The translations under genes and the position numbers were made by a program. From Eledone cirrhosa (lineage: Eukaryota), in the NCBI GenBank assembly GCA_964016885.1, contig CAXHJY010000096.1:1054001-1118000 (forward strand): a stretch of DNA of 64,000 nucleotides, in the 5' to 3' direction. Position 1 is the first letter of the stretch, and each line of letters begins with the position of its first letter. Below are positions 40,705 to 55,840 of this stretch, piece after piece. The notes below the pieces were generated by a model. The model saw nothing but the letters and a program-made list of their open reading frames with translations, was not told where the DNA came from and made no database searches.

Positions 40705-43700
40705 TCAAGGGGAGATAATTTCCAGCCGTCCAAGGGGAGATAATTTTCAGTCGTCCAAGGAGAGGTAATTTCTAGCCGTCCAAGGGGAGATAATTTCCAG
40801 CCGTCCAAGGGGAGATAATTTCCAGCCGTCCAAGGGGAGATAATTTTTTTTAAAAAATCAGGCGGAGATAATTTGTAAAAAAAATCAGGGGGAGATAATT
40901 TGTAAACAAAATCAGGGGGAGATAATTTGTAAAAAAAAATCAGGGGGAGATAATTTGTAAAAAAAATTAGGCGTAGATAATTTTTAAAAAAAAATCAGGG
41001 GGAGATAATTTGTAAAAAAAAATCAGGGGGAGATAATTTGTTTAAAAAATCAAGGGGAGATAATTTGCAGCCGTCCAAGGGGAGATAATTTTCAGCCGTC
41101 CAAGGAGAGGTAATTTCTAGCCGTTCAAGGGGAGATAATTTCCAGCCGTCCAAGGGGAGATAATTTCCAGCCGTCCAAGGGGAGATAATTTTTTTTAAAA
41201 AATCAGGCGGAGATAATTTGTAAAAAAAAATCAGGGGGAGATAATTCGTAAAAAAAAATCAGGGGGAGATAATTTGTAAAAAAAAATCAGGGGGAGATAA
41301 TTTGTAAAAAAAATCAAGGGGAGATAATTTCCAGCCGTCCAAGGGGAGGTAATATCTAGCCGTCCAAGGGGAGATAATTTCCAGCCGTCCAAGGGGAGAT
41401 AATTTCCAGCCGTCCAAGGGGAGATAATTTCCAGCCGTCCAAGGAGACATATTTTCCAGCCGTCCAAGGCGAGGTAATTTCTAGCCGTCCAAGGGGAGAT
41501 TAATTCCAGCCTCCAAGGGGAGATAATTTCCAGCCAGCCAAGGGGAGATAATTTGTAAAAAAATCAGGGGGAGATAATTTGTAAAAAATATCAGGGAGAT
41601 AATTTGTAAAAAAAAATCAGGGGGAGATAATTTGTAAAAAAAATCAGGGGGAGATAATTTGTAAAAAAAAATCAGGGGGAGATAATTTGTAAAAAAAATC
41701 AAGGGGAGATAATTTCCAGCCGTCCAAGGGGAGATAATTTTCAGCCGTCCAAGGAGAGGTAATTTCTAACCGTCCGAGGAGAGATAATTTCCAGCCGTCC
41801 AAGGGGAGATAATTTCCAGCCGTCCAAGGGGAGATAATTTCCAGCCGTCCAAGGAGACATATTTTCCAGCCGTCCAAGGAGAGGTAAATTCTAGCCGTCC
41901 AAGGGGAGATAAATTCCAGCCTCCAAGGGGAGATAATTTCCAGCCAGCCAAGGGGAGATAATTTGTAAAAAAATCAGGGGGAGATAATTTGCAAAAAAAA
42001 TCAGGGGGAGATAATTTGTAAAAAAAATCAGGGGGAGATAATTTGTAAAAAATAATCAGGGGGAGATAATTTCCAGCCCTCCAAGGGGCTATAATTTCCA
42101 GTGTCCAAGGGGAGATAATTTCCAGCCAGCGAAGGGGAGATAATTTTTTTTTAAAAATCATTGGGAGATTTGTAAAAAAAATCAGGGGGAGATAATTTGT
42201 AAAAAAAATCAAGGGGAGATAATTTCCAGCCGTCCAAGGGGAGGTAATATCTAGCCGTCCAAGGGTAGATAATTTCCAGCCGTCCAACGGGAGATAATTT
42301 CCAGCCGTCCAAGGGTAGATAATATCCAGCCGCCCAAGGACATATTTTCCAGCCGTCCAAGGAGAGGTAATTTCTAGCCGTCCAAGGGGAGATAATTTCC
42401 AGCCGTCCAAGGGTAGATAATATCCATCCGTCCAAGGACATATTTTCCAGCCGTCCAAGGAGAGGTAATTTCTAGCCGTCCAAGGGGAGATAAATTCCAG
42501 CCTCCAAGGGGAGATAATTTCCAGCCAGCCAAGGGGAGATAATTTGTAAAAAAATCAGGGGGAGATAATTTGTAAAAAAAATCAGGGGGAGATAATTTGT
42601 AAAAAAAAATCAGGGGGAGATAATTTGTAAAAAAAAATCAGGGTGAGATAATTTGCAAAAAAAATCAGGGGGAGATAATTTGTAAAAAAAAATCAGGGGG
42701 AGATAATTTGTAAAAAAAATCAAGGGGAGATAATTTCCAGCCGTCCAAGGAGAGATAATTTAAAAAAAAATCAGGCGGAGATAATTTGTAAAAAAAAATC
42801 AGGGGGAGATAATTTGTAAAAAAAATCAGGGGGAGATAATTTGTAAAAAAAAATCAGGGGTAGATAATTTGTAAAAAAAAATCAGGGGGAGATAATTTGT
42901 AAAAAAAAATCAGGAGGAGATAATTTGTAAAAAAAATCAAGGGGAGATAATTTCCAGCCGTCCAAGGAGAGATAATTTAAAAAAAAATCAGGCGGAGATA
43001 ATTTGTAAAAAAAAATCAGGGGGAGATAATTTGTAAAAAAAAATCAGGGGGAGATAATTTGTAAAAAAAATCAAGGGGAGATAATTTCCAGCCGTCCAAG
43101 GGGAGATAATTTTCAGCCGTCCAAGGGGAGATAATTTCCCGCCAGCCAAGGGAAGATAATATTCAAAAAAATCAGGCGGAGATAATTTGTAAAAAAAATC
43201 AGGGGGAGATAATTTGTAAAAAAATCAGGGGGAGATAATTTGTAAAAAAAAAAATCAGGGGGAGATAATTTGTAAAAAAAATCAGGGGGAGATAATTTGT
43301 AAAAAAAATCAGGGGTAGATAATTTGTAAAAAAAAATCAGGGGGAGATAATTTGTAAAAAAAAATCAGGGGGAGATAATTTGTAAAAAAAATGAAAGGGG
43401 AGATAATATCCAGCCGTCCAAGGGGAGATAATTTCCAGCCGTCCAAGGGGAGATAATTTCCAGCCGTCCAAGGGGAGATAATTTCCATCCTTCCAAGGGG
43501 ATATAATTTCCAGCCGTCCAAGGGGAGATAATTTCCATCCTTCCAAGGGGATATAATTTCCAGCCGTCCAAGGGGAGATAATTTTCAGCCGTCCAAGGAG
43601 AGGTAATTTCTAGCCGTCCAAGGAGAGATAATTTCCAGCCGTCCAAGGGGAGATAATTTCCAGCCGTCCAAGGGGAGATAATTTCCAGCCGTCCAAGGAG

Positions 43701-46700
43701 ACATATTTTCCAGCCGTCCAAGGAGAGGTAATTCCTAGCCGTCCAAGGGGAGATAAATTCCAGCCTCCAAGGGGAGATAATTTCCAGCCAGCCAAGGGGA
43801 GATAATTTGTAAAAAAAATCAGGGGGAGATAATTTGTAAAAAAAATCAGGGGGAGATAATTTGTAAAAAAAAATCAGGGGTAGATAATTTGTAAAAAATA
43901 ATCAGGGGGAGATAATTTGTAAAAAAAATCAAGGGGAGATAATTTCCAGCCGTCCAAGGGGAGATAATTTTCAGCCGTCCAAGGGGAGATAATTTCCCGC
44001 CAGCCAAGGGAAGATAATATTTAAAAAAATTAGGCGGAGATAATTTGTAAAAAAAATCAGGGGGAGATAATTTGTAAAAAAATCAGGGGGAGATAATTTG
44101 TAAAAAAAATCAGGGGGAGATAATTTGTAAAAAAAATCAGGGGGAGATAATTTGTAAAAAAAAATCAGGGGGAGATAATTTGTAAAAAAAATCAAGGGGA
44201 GATAATTTCCAGCCGTCCAAGGGAAGATAATTTCCAGCCCTCCAAGGGGCTATAATTTCCAGCGTCCAAGGGGAGATAATTTCCAGCCAGCGAAGGGGAG
44301 ATAATTTTTTTTAAAAAATCATTGGGAGATTTGTAAAAAAAATCAGGGGGAGATAATTTGTTAAAAAAATCAAGGGGAGATAATTTCCAGCCGTCCAAGG
44401 GGAGGTAATATCTAGCCGTCCAAGGGGAGATAATTTCCAGCCGTCCAAGGGGAGATAATTTCCAGCCGTCCAAGGGTAGATAATATCCAGCCGTCCAAGG
44501 ACATATTTTCCAGCCGTCCAAGGAGAGGTAATTTCTAGCCGTCCAAGGGGAGATAAATTCCAGCCTCCAAGGTGAGATAATTTCCAGCCAGCCAAGGGGA
44601 GATAATTTGTAAAAAAATCAGGGGGAGATAATTTGTAAAAAAAATCAGGGGGAGATAATTTGTAAAAAAAAATCAGGGGGAGATAATTTGTAAAAAAAAA
44701 TCAGGGGGAGATAATTTGTAAAAAAAAATCAGGGGGAGATAATTTGTAAAAAAATCAAGGGGAGATAATTTCCAGCCGTCCAAGGGGAGATAATTTTCAG
44801 CCGTCCAAGGGGAGATAATTTCCCGCCAGCCAAGGGAAGATAATATTTGAAAAAATCAGGCGGAGATAATTTGTAAAAAAAATCAGGGGGAGATAATTTG
44901 TAAAAAAATCAGGGGGAGATAATTTGTAAAAAAAAAATCAGGGGGAGATAATTTGTAAAAAGAATCAGGGGGAGATAATTTGTAAAAAAAAATCAGGGGT
45001 AGATAAATTGTAAAAAAAAATCAGGGGGAGATAATTTGTAAAAAAAATCAGGGGGAGATAATTTGTAAAAAAAATGAAAGGGGAGATAATATCCAGCCGT
45101 CCAAGGGGAGATAATTTCCAGCCGTCCAAGGGGAGATAATTTCCAGCCGTCCAAGGGGAGATAATTTCCATCCTTCCAAGGGGATATAATTTCCAGCCGT
45201 CCAAGGGGAGATAATTTCCCGCCAGCCAAGGGAAGATAATTTTTAAAAAAATCAGGCGGAGATTGTAAAAAAAATCAGGGGGGAGATAATTTGTAAAAAA
45301 ATCAGGGGGAGATAATTTGTAAAAAAAAATCAGGGGGAGATAATTTGTAAAAAATAATCAGGGGGAGATAATTTGTAAAAAAAAATCAAGGGGAGATAAT
45401 TTCCAGCCGTCCAAGGGGAGATAATTTTCCGCCAGCCAAGGGAAGATAATATTTAAAAAAATTAGGCGGAGATAATTTGTAAAAAAAATCAGGGGGAGAT
45501 AATTTGTAAAAAAATCAGGGGGAGATAATTTGTAAAAAAAATCAGGGGGAGATAATTTGTAAAAAAATTCATGGGGAGATAATTTGTAAAAAAAAATCAG
45601 GGGTAGATAATTTGTAAAAAAAAATCAGGGGGAGATAATTTGTAAAAAAAAATCAGGGGGAGATAATTTGTAAAAAAAATCAAGGGGAGATAATTTCCAG
45701 CCGTCCAAGGGGAGATAATTTTCAGCCGTCCAAGGAGAGGTAATTTCTAGCCGTCCAAGGGGAGATAATTTCCAGCCGTCCAAGGGGAGGTAATTTCCAG
45801 CCGTCCAAGGGGAGATAATTTTAAAAAAAAAATCAGGCGGAGATAATTTGTAAAAAAAATCAAGGGGAGATAATTTGCAGCCGTCCAAGGGGAGATAATT
45901 TTCAGTCGTCCAATGAGAGGTAATTTCTAGCCGTCCAAGGGGAGATAATTGCCAGCCGTCCAAGGGGAGATAATTTCCAGCCGTCCAAGGGGAGATAATT
46001 TTTTTTAAAAAATCAGGCGGAGATAATTTGTAAAAAAAATCAGGGGGAGATAATTTGTAAACAAAATCAGGGGGAGATAATTTGTAAAAAAAAATCAGGG
46101 GGAGATAATTTGTAAAAAAAATCATGGAGAGATAATTTCCAGCCGTCCAAGGTGAGATAATTTCCAGCCGTCCAAGGAGACATATTTTCCAGCCGTCCAA
46201 GGCGAGGTAATTTCTAGCCGTCCAAGGGGAGATAAATTCCAGCCTCCAAGGGGAGATAATTTCCAGCCAGCCAAGTGGAGATAATTTGTAAAAAAATCAG
46301 GGGGAGATAATTTGTAAAAAATATCAGGGAGATAATTTGTAAAAAAAAATCAGGGGGAGATAATTTGTAAAAAAAATCAGGGGGAGATAATTTGTAAAAA
46401 AAAATCAGGGGGAGATAATTTGTAAAAAAAATCAAGGGGAGATAATTTCCAGCCGTCCAAGGGGAGATAATTTTCAGCCGTCCAAGGGGAGATAATTTCC
46501 CGCCAGCCAAGGGAAGATAATATTTAAAAAAATCAGGCGGAGATAATTTGTAAAAAAAATCAGGGGGAGATAATTTGTAAAAAAATCAGGGGGAGATAAT
46601 TTGTAAAAAAAAAATCAGGGGGAGATAATTTGTAAAAAAAATCAGGGGGAGATAATTTGTAAAAAAAAATCAGGGGTAGATAATTTGTAAACAAAAATCA

Positions 46701-49700
46701 GGGGGAGATAATTTGTAAAAAAAAATCAGGGGGAGATAATTTGTAAAAAAAATGAAAGGGGAGATAATATCCAGCCGTCCAAGGGGAGATAATTTCCAGC
46801 CGTCCAAGGGGATATAATTTCCAGCCGTCCAAGGGGAGATAATTTCCATCCTTCCAAGGGGATATAATTTCCAGCCGTCCAAGGGGAGATAATTTCCCGC
46901 CAGCCAAGGGAAGATAATTTTTAAAAAAATCAGGCGGAGATTGTAAAAAAAATCAGGGGGGAGATAATTTGTAAAAAAATCAGGGGGAGATAATTTGTAA
47001 AAAATAATCAGGGGGAGATAATTTGTAAAAAAATTCAAGGGGAGATAATTTCCAGCCGTCCAAGGGGAGATAATTTCCCGCCAGCCAAGGGAAGATAATA
47101 TTTAAAAAAATTAGGCGGAGATAATTTGTAAAAAAAATCAGGGATAGATAATTTGTAAAAAAATCAGGGGGAGATAATTTGTAAAAAAAATCAGGGGGAG
47201 ATAATTTGTAAAAAAAATCATGGGGAGATAATTTGTAAAAAAAAATCAGGGGTAGATAATTTGTAAAAAAAAATCAGGGGGAGATAATTTGTAAAAAAAA
47301 ATCAGGGGGAGATAATTTGTAAAAAAAATCAAGGGGAGATAATATCCAGCCGTCCAAGGAGAGATAATTTAAAAAAAAAATGAGGCGGAGATAATTTGTA
47401 AAAAAAAAATCAGGGGGAGTTAATTTGTAAAAAAAAATGAGGGGGAGATAATTTGTAAAAAAAATCAAGGGGAGATAATTTCCAGCCGTCCAAGGGGAGA
47501 TAATTTTCAGCCGTCCAAGGAGAGGTAATTTCTAGCCGTCCAAGGGGAGATAATTTCCAGCCGTCCAAGGGGAGGTAATTTCCAGCCGTCCAAGGGGAGA
47601 TAATTTTTAAAAAAAAATCAGGCGGAGATAATTTGTAAAAAAAATCAAGGGGAGATAATTTGCAGCCGTCCAAGGGGAGATAATTTTCAGTCGTCCAAGG
47701 AGAGGTAATTTCTAGCCGTCCAAGGGGAGATAATTTCCAGCCGTCCAAGGGGAGATAATTTCCAGCCGTCCAAGGGGAGATAATTTTTTTTAAAAAATCA
47801 GGCGGAGATAATTTGTAAAAAAAATCAGGGGGAGATAATTTGTAAACAAAATCAGGGGGAGATAATTTGTAAAAAAAAATCAGGGGGAGATAATTTGTAA
47901 AAAAAATTAGGCGTAGATAATTTGTAAAAAAAAATCAGGGGGAGATAATTTGTAAAAAAAAATCAGGGGGAGATAATTTGTTTAAAAAATCAAGGGGAGA
48001 TAATTTGCAGCCGTCCAAGGGGAGATAATTTTCAGCCGTCCAAGGAGAGGTAATTTCTAGCCGTTCAAGGGGAGATAATTTCCAGCCGTCCAAGGGGAGA
48101 TAATTTCCAGCCGTCCAAGGGGAGATAATTTTTTTTAAAAAATCAGGCGGAGATAATTTGTAAAAAAAAATCAGGGGGAGATAATTCGTAAAAAAAAATC
48201 AGGGGGAGTTAATTTGTAAAAAAAAATCAGGGGGAGATAATTTGTAAAAAAAATCAAGGGGAGATAATTTCCAGCCGTCCAAGGGGAGGTAATATCTAGC
48301 CGTCCAAGGGGAGATAATTTCCAGCCGTCCAAGGGGAGATAATTTCCAGCCGTCCAAGGGGAGATAATTTCCAGCCGTCCAAGGAGACATATTTTCCAGC
48401 CGTCCAAGGCGAGGTAATTTCTAGCCGTCCAAGGGGAGATTAATTCCAGCCTCCAAGGGGAGATAATTTCCAGCCAGCCAAGGGGAGATAATTTGTAAAA
48501 AAATCAGGGGGAGATAATTTGTAAAAAATATCAGGGAGATAATTTGTAAAAAAAAATCAGGGGGAGATAATTTGTAAAAAAAATCAGGGGGAGATAATTT
48601 GTAAAAAAAAATCAGGGGGAGATAATTTGTAAAAAAAATCAAGGGGAGATAATTTCCAGCCGTCCAAGGGGAGATAATTTTCAGCCGTCCAAGGAGAGGT
48701 AATTTCTAACCGTCCGAGGAGAGATAATTTCCAGCCGTCCAAGGGGAGATAATTTCCAGCCGTCCAAGGAGACATATTTTCCAGCCGTCCAAGGAGAGGT
48801 AATTTCTAGCCGTCCAAGGGGAGATAAATTCCAGCCTCCAAGGGGAGATAATTTCCAGCCAGCCAAGGGGAGATAATTTGTAAAAAAATCAGGGGGAGAT
48901 AATTTGCAAAAAAAATCAGGGGGAGATAATTTGTAAAAAAAATCAGGGGGAGATAATTTGTAAAAAATAATCAGGGGGAGATAATTTCCAGCCGTCCAAG
49001 GGAAGATAATTTCCAGCCCTCCAAGGGGCTATAATTTCCAGTGTCCAAGGGGAGATAATTTCCAGCCAGAGAAGGGGAGATAATTTTTTTTAAAAAATCA
49101 TTGGGAGATTTGTAAAAAAAATCAGGGGGAGATAATTTGCAAAAAAAATCAGGGGGAGATAATTTGTAAAAAAAAATCAGGGGTAGATAATTTGTAAAAA
49201 AAAATCAGGGGGAGATAATTTGTAAAAAAAAATCAGGGGGAGATAATTTGTAAAAAAAATCAAGGGGAGATAATTTCCAGCCGTCCAAGGAGAGAAAATT
49301 TTAAAAAAAATCAGGCGGAGATAATTTGTAAAAAAAAATCAGGGGGAGATAATTTGTAAAAAAAATCAGGGGGAGATAATTTGTAAAAAAAAATCAGGGG
49401 TAGATAATTTGTAAAAAAAAATCAGGGGGAGATAATTTGTAAAAAAAAATCAGGGGGAGATAATTTGTAAAAAAAATCAAGGGGAGATAATTTCCAGCCG
49501 TCCAAGGAGAGATAATTTTAAAAAAAATCAGGCGGAGATAATTTGTAAAAAAAAATTAGGGGGAGATAATTTGTAAAAAAAAATCAGGGGGAGATAATTT
49601 GTAAAAAAAATCAAGGGGAGATAATTTCCAGCCGTCCAAGGGGAGATAATTTTCAGCCGTCCAAGGGGAGATAATTTCCCGCCAGCCAAGGGAAGATAAT

Positions 49701-52700
49701 ATTCAAAAAAATCAGGCGGAGATAATTTGTAAAAAAAATCAGGGGGAGATAATTTGTAAAAAAATCAGGGGGAGATAATTTGTAAAAAAAAAAATCAGGG
49801 GGAGATAATTTGTAAAAAAAATCAGGGGGAGATAATTTGTAAAAAAAAATCAGGGGTAGATAATTTGTAAAAAAAAATCAGGGGGAGATAATTTGTAAAA
49901 AAAAATCAGGGGCAGATAATTTGTAAAAAAAATGAAAGGGGAGATAATATCCAGCCGTCCAAGGGGAGATAATTTCCAGCCGTCCAAGGGGAGATAATTT
50001 CCAGCCGTCCAAGGGGAGAAAATTTCCATCCTTCCAAGGGGATATAATTTCCAGCCGGCCAAGGGGAGATAATTTCCATCCTTCCAAGGGGATATAATTT
50101 CCAGCCGTCCAAGGGGAGATAATTTTCAGCCGTCCAAGGAGAGGTAATTTCTAGCCGTCCAAGGAGAGATAATTTCCAGCCGTCCAAGGGGAGATAATTT
50201 CCAGCCGTCCAAGGGGAGATAATTTCCAGCCGTCCAAGGAGACATATTTTCCAGCCGTCCAAGGAGAGGTAATTCCTAGCCGTCCAAGGGGAGATAAATT
50301 CCAGCCTCCAAGGGGAGATAATTTCCAGCCAGCCAAGGGGAGATAATTTGTAAAAAAAATCAGGGGGAGATAATTTCTAAAAAAAATCAGGGGGAGATAA
50401 TTTGTAAAAAAAAATCAGGGGGAGATAATTTGTAAAAAATAATCAGGGGGAGATAATTTGTAAAAAAAATCAAGGGGAGATAATTTCCAGCCGTCCAAGG
50501 GGAGATAATTTTCAGCCGTCCAAGGGGAGATAATTTCCCACCAGCCAAGGGAAGATAATATTTAAAAAAATTATGCGGAGATAATTTGTAAAAAAAATCA
50601 GGGGGAGATAATTTGTAAAAAAATCAGGGGGAGATAATTTGTAAAAAAAATCAGGGGGAGATAATTTGTAAAAAAAATCAGGGGGAGATAATTTGTAAAA
50701 AAAAATCAGGGGTAGATAATTTGTAAAAAAAATCAGGGGGAGATAATTTGTAAAAAAAAATCAGGGGGAGATAATTTGTAAAAAAAATCAAGGGGAGATA
50801 ATTTCCAGCCGTCCAAGGAGAGATAATTTTAAAAAAAATCAGGCGGAGATAATTTGTAAAAAAAAATCAGGGGGAGATAATTTGTAAAAAAAAATCAGGG
50901 GGAGATAATTTGTAAAAAAAATCAAGGGGAGATAATTTCCAGCCGTCCAAGGGGAGATAATTTTCAGCCGTCCAAGGGGAGATAATTTCCCGCCAGCCAA
51001 GGGAAGATAATATTCAAAAAAATCAGGCGGAGATAATTTGTAAAAAAAATCAGGGGGAGATAATTTGTAAAAAAATCAGGGGGAGATAATTTGTAAAAAA
51101 AAAAATCAGGGGGAGATAATTTGTAAAAAAAATCAGGGGGAGATAATTTGTAAAAAAAAATCAGGGGTAGATAATTTGTAAAAAAAAATCAGGGGGAGAT
51201 AATTTGTAAAAAAAAATCAGGGGGAGATAATTTGTAAAAAAAATGAAAGGGGAGATAATATCCAGCCGTCCAAGGGGAGATAATTTCCAGCCGTCCAAGG
51301 AGAGATAATTTCCAGCCGTCCAAGGGGAGATAATTTCCATCCTTCCAAGGGGATATAATTTCCAGCCGTCCAAGGGGAGATAATTTCCATCCTTCCAAGG
51401 GGATATAATTTCCAGCCGTCCAAGGGGAGATAATTTTCAGCCGTCCAAGGAGAGGTAATTTCTAGCCGTCCAAGGAGAGATAATTTCCAGCCGTCCAAGG
51501 GGAGATAATTTCCAGCCGTCCAAGGGGAGATAATTTCCAGCCGTCCAAGGAGACATATTTTCCAGCCGTCCAAGGAGAGGTAATTCCTAGCCGTCCAAGG
51601 GGAGATAAATTCCAGCCTCCAAGGGGAGATAATTTCCAGCCAGCCAAGGGGAGATAATTTGTAAAAAAAATCAGGGGGAGATAATTTGTAAAAAAAATCA
51701 GGGGGAGATAATTTGTAAAAAAAAATCAGGGGGAGATAATTTGTAAAAAAAATCAAGGGGAGATAATTTCCAGCCGTCCAAGGGGAGATAATTTTCAGCC
51801 GTCCAAGGGGAGATAATTTCCCGCCAGCCAAGGGAAGATAATATTCAAAAAAATCAGGCGGAGATAATTTGTAAAAAAAATCAGGGGGAGATAATTTGTA
51901 AAAAAATCAGGGGGAGATAATTTGTAAAAAAAAAAATCAGGGGGAGATAATTTGTAAAAAAAATCAGGGGGAGATAATTTGTAAAAAAAAATCAGGGGTA
52001 GATAATTTGTAAAAAAAAATCAGGGGGAGATAATTTGTAAAAAAAAATCAGGGGGAGATAATTTGTAAAAAAAATGAAAGGGGAGATAATATCCAGCCGT
52101 CCAAGGGGAGATAATTTCCAGCCGTCCAAGGGGAGATAATTTCCAGCCGTCCAAGGGGAGATAATTTCCATCCTTCCAAGGGGATATAATTTCCAGCCGT
52201 CCAAGGGGAGATAATTTCCATCCTTCCAAGGGGATATAATTTCCAGCCGTCCAAGGGGAGATAATTTTCAGCCGTCCAAGGAGAGGTAATTTCTAGCCGT
52301 CCAAGGAGAGATAATTTCCAGCCGTCCAAGGGGAGATAATTTCCAGCCGTCCAAGGGGAGATAATTTCCAGCCGTCCAAGGAGACATATTTTCCAGCCGT
52401 CCAAGGAGAGGTAATTCCTAGCCGTCCAAGGGGAGATAAATTCCAGCCTCCAAGGGGAGATAATTTCCAGCCAGCCAAGGGGAGATAATTTGTAAAAAAA
52501 ATCAGGGGGAGATAATTTGTAAAAAAATCAGGGGGAGATAATTTGTAAAAAAAATCAGGGGGAGATAATTTGTAAAAAAAATCAGGGGGAGATAATTTGT
52601 AAAAAAAAATCAGGGGTAGATAATTTGTAAAAAAAAATCAGGGGGAGATAATTTGTAAAAAAATCAAGGGGAGATAATTTCCAGCCGTCCAAGGGAAGAT

Positions 52701-53288
52701 AATTTCCAGCCCTCCAAGGGGCTATAATTTCCAGCGTCCAAGGGGAGATAATTTCCAGCCAGCGAAGGGGAGATAATTTTTTTAAAAAAATCATTGGGAG
52801 ATTTGTAAAAAAAATCAGGGGGAGATAATTTGTAAAAAAAATCAAGGGGAGATAATTTCCAGCCGTCCAAGGGGAGGTAATATCTAGCCGTCCAAGGGTA
52901 GATAATTTCCAGCCGTCCAACGGGAGATAATTTCCAGCCGTCCAAGGGTAGATAATATCCAGCCGCCCAAGGACATATTTTCCAGCCGTCCAAGGAGAGG
53001 TAATTTCTAGCCGTCCAAGGGGAGATAATTTCCAGCCGTCCAAGGGTAGATAATATCCAGCCGTCCAAGGACATATTTTCCAGCCGTCCAAGGAGAGGTA
53101 ATTTCTAGCCGTCCAAGGGGAGATAAATTCCAGCCTCCAAGGGGAGATAATTTCCAGCCAGCCAAGGGGAGATAATTTGTAAAAAAATCAGGGGGAGATA
53201 ATTTGTAAAAAAAATCAGGGGGAGATAATTTGTAAAAAAAAATCAGGGGGAGATAATTTGTAAAAAAAAATCAGGGGGAGATAATTTG
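38580..53288. repeat. Large near-identical block, copy 2 (of 1-14709)
   Basis: Same order of variant monomers and A-tract lengths as 1-14709. About 11 point or homopolymer differences were noticed by eye. Confidence 0.95.
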
Positions 53289-54243
53289 CAAAAAAAATCA
53301 GGGGGAGATAATTTGTAAAAAAAAATCAGGGGTAGATAATTTGTAAAAAAAAATCAGGGGGAGATAATTTGTAAAAAAAAATCAGGGGGAGATAATTTGT
53401 AAAAAAAATCAAGGGGAGATAATTTCCAGCCGTCCAAGGAGAGATAATTTTAAAAAAAATCAGGCGGAGATAATTTGTAAAAAAAAATCAGGGGGAGATA
53501 ATTTGTAAAAAAAAATCAGGGGGAGATAATTTGTAAAAAAAAATCAGGGGGAGATAATTTGTAAAAAAAATCAGGAGGAGATAATTTGTAAAAAAAATCA
53601 AGGGGAGATAATTTCCAGCCGTCCAAGGAGAGATAATTTAAAAAAAAATCAGGCGGAGATAATTTGTAAAAAAAAATCAGGGGGAGATAATTTGTAAAAA
53701 AAAATCAGGGGGAGATAATTTGTAAAAAAAATCAAGGGGAGATAATTTCCAGCCGTCCAAGGGGAGATAATTTTCAGCCGTCCAAGGAGAGGTAATTTCT
53801 AACCGTCCGAGGAGAGATAATTTCCAGCCGTCCAAGGGGAGATAATTTCCAGCCGTCCAAGGGGAGATAATTTCCAGCCGTCCAAGGAGACATATTTTCC
53901 AGCCGTCCAAGGAGAGGTAATTTCTAGCCGTCCAAGGGGAGATAAATTCCAGCCTCCAAGGGGAGATAATTTCCAGCCAGCCAAGGGGAGATAATTTGTA
54001 AAAAAATCAGGGGGAGATAATTTGCAAAAAAAATCAGGGGGAGATAATTTGTAAAAAAAATCAGGGGGAGATAATTTGTAAAAAATAATCAGGGGGAGAT
54101 AATTTCCAGCCGTCCAAGGGAAGATAATTTCCAGCCCTCCAAGGGGCTATAATTTCCAGTGTCCAAGGGGAGATAATTTCCAGCCAGCGAAGGGGAGATA
54201 ATTTTTTTAAAAAAATCATTGGGAGATTTGTAAAAAAAATCAG

Positions 54244-55840
54244 GGGGAGATAATTTGTAAAAAAAATCAAGGGGAGATAATTTCCAGCCGTCCAAGGGGA
54301 GGTAATATCTAGCCGTCCAAGGGGAGATAATTTCCAGCCGTCCAAGGGGAGATAATTTCCAGCCGTCCAAGGGTAGATAATATCCAGCCGCCCAAGGACA
54401 TATTTTCCAGCCGTCCAAGGAGAGGTAATTTCTAGCCGTCCAAGGGGAGATAAATTCCAGCCTCCAAGGGGAGATAATTTCCAGCCAGCCAAGGGGAGAT
54501 AATTTGTAAAAAAATCAGGGGGAGATAATTTGTAAAAAAAATCAGGGGGAGATAATTTGTAAAAAAAAATCAGGGGGAGATAATTTGTAAAAAAAAATCA
54601 GGGGGAGATAATTTGCAAAAAAAATCAGGGGGAGATAATTTGTAAAAAAAAATCAGGGGTAGATAATTTGTAAAAAAAAATCAGGGGGAGATAATTTGTA
54701 AAAAAAAATCAGGGGGAGATAATTTGTAAAAAAAATCAAGGGGAGATAATTTGTAAAAAAAATCAAGGGGAGATAATTTCCAGCCGTCCAAGGGGAGGTA
54801 ATATCTAGCCGTCCAAGGGGAGATAATTTCCAGCCGTCCAAGGGGAGATAATTTCCAGCCGTCCAAGGGTAGATAATATCCAGCCGCCCAAGGACATATT
54901 TTCCAGCCGTCCAAGGAGAGGTAATTTCTAGCCGTCCAAGGGGAGATAAATTCCAGCCTCCAAGGGGAGATAATTTCCAGCCAGCCAAGGGGAGATAATT
55001 TGTAAAAAAATCAGGGGGAGATAATTTGTAAAAAAAATCAGGGGGAGATAATTTGTAAAAAAAAATCAGGGGGAGATAATTTGTAAAAAAAAATCAGGGG
55101 GAGATAATTTGCAAAAAAAATCAGGGGGAGATAATTTGTAAAAAAAAATCAGGGGTAGATAATTTGTAAAAAAAAATCAGGGGGAGATAATTTGTAAAAA
55201 AAAATCAGGGGGAGATAATTTGTAAAAAAAATCAAGGGGAGATAATTTGTAAAAAAAATCAAGGGGAGATAATTTCCAGCCGTCCAAGGGGAGGTAATAT
55301 CTAGCCGTCCAAGGGGAGATAATTTCCAGCCGTCCAACGGGAGATAATTTCCAGCCGTCCAAGGGTAGATAATATCCAGCCGCCCAAGGACATATTTTCC
55401 AGCCGTCCAAGGAGAGGTAATTTCTAGCCGTCCAAGGGGAGATAATTTCCAGCCGTCCAAGGGTAGATAATATCCAGCCGTCCAAGGACATATTTTCCAG
55501 CCGTCCAAGGAGAGGTAATTTCTAGCCGTCCAAGGGGAGATAAATTCCAGCCTCCAAGGGGAGATAATTTCCAGCCAGCCAAGGGGAGATAATTTGTAAA
55601 AAAATCAGGGGGAGATAATTTGTAAAAAAAATCAGGGGGAGATAATTTGTAAAAAAAAATCAGGGGGAGATAATTTGTAAAAAAAAATCAGGGGGAGATA
55701 ATTTGCAAAAAAAATCAGGGGGAGATAATTTGTAAAAAAAAATCAGGGGTAGATAATTTGTAAAAAAAAATCAGGGGGAGATAATTTGTAAAAAAAAATC
55801 AGGGGGAGATAATTTGTAAAAAAAATCAAGGGGAGATAAT
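54244..55840. repeat. 496-bp HOR, 3 tandem copies (third copy is 594 bp = 496 + 98)
   Basis: A runs start at 54268, 54764 and 55260. The third copy carries an extra 4-monomer 98-bp duplication. Confidence 0.88.
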
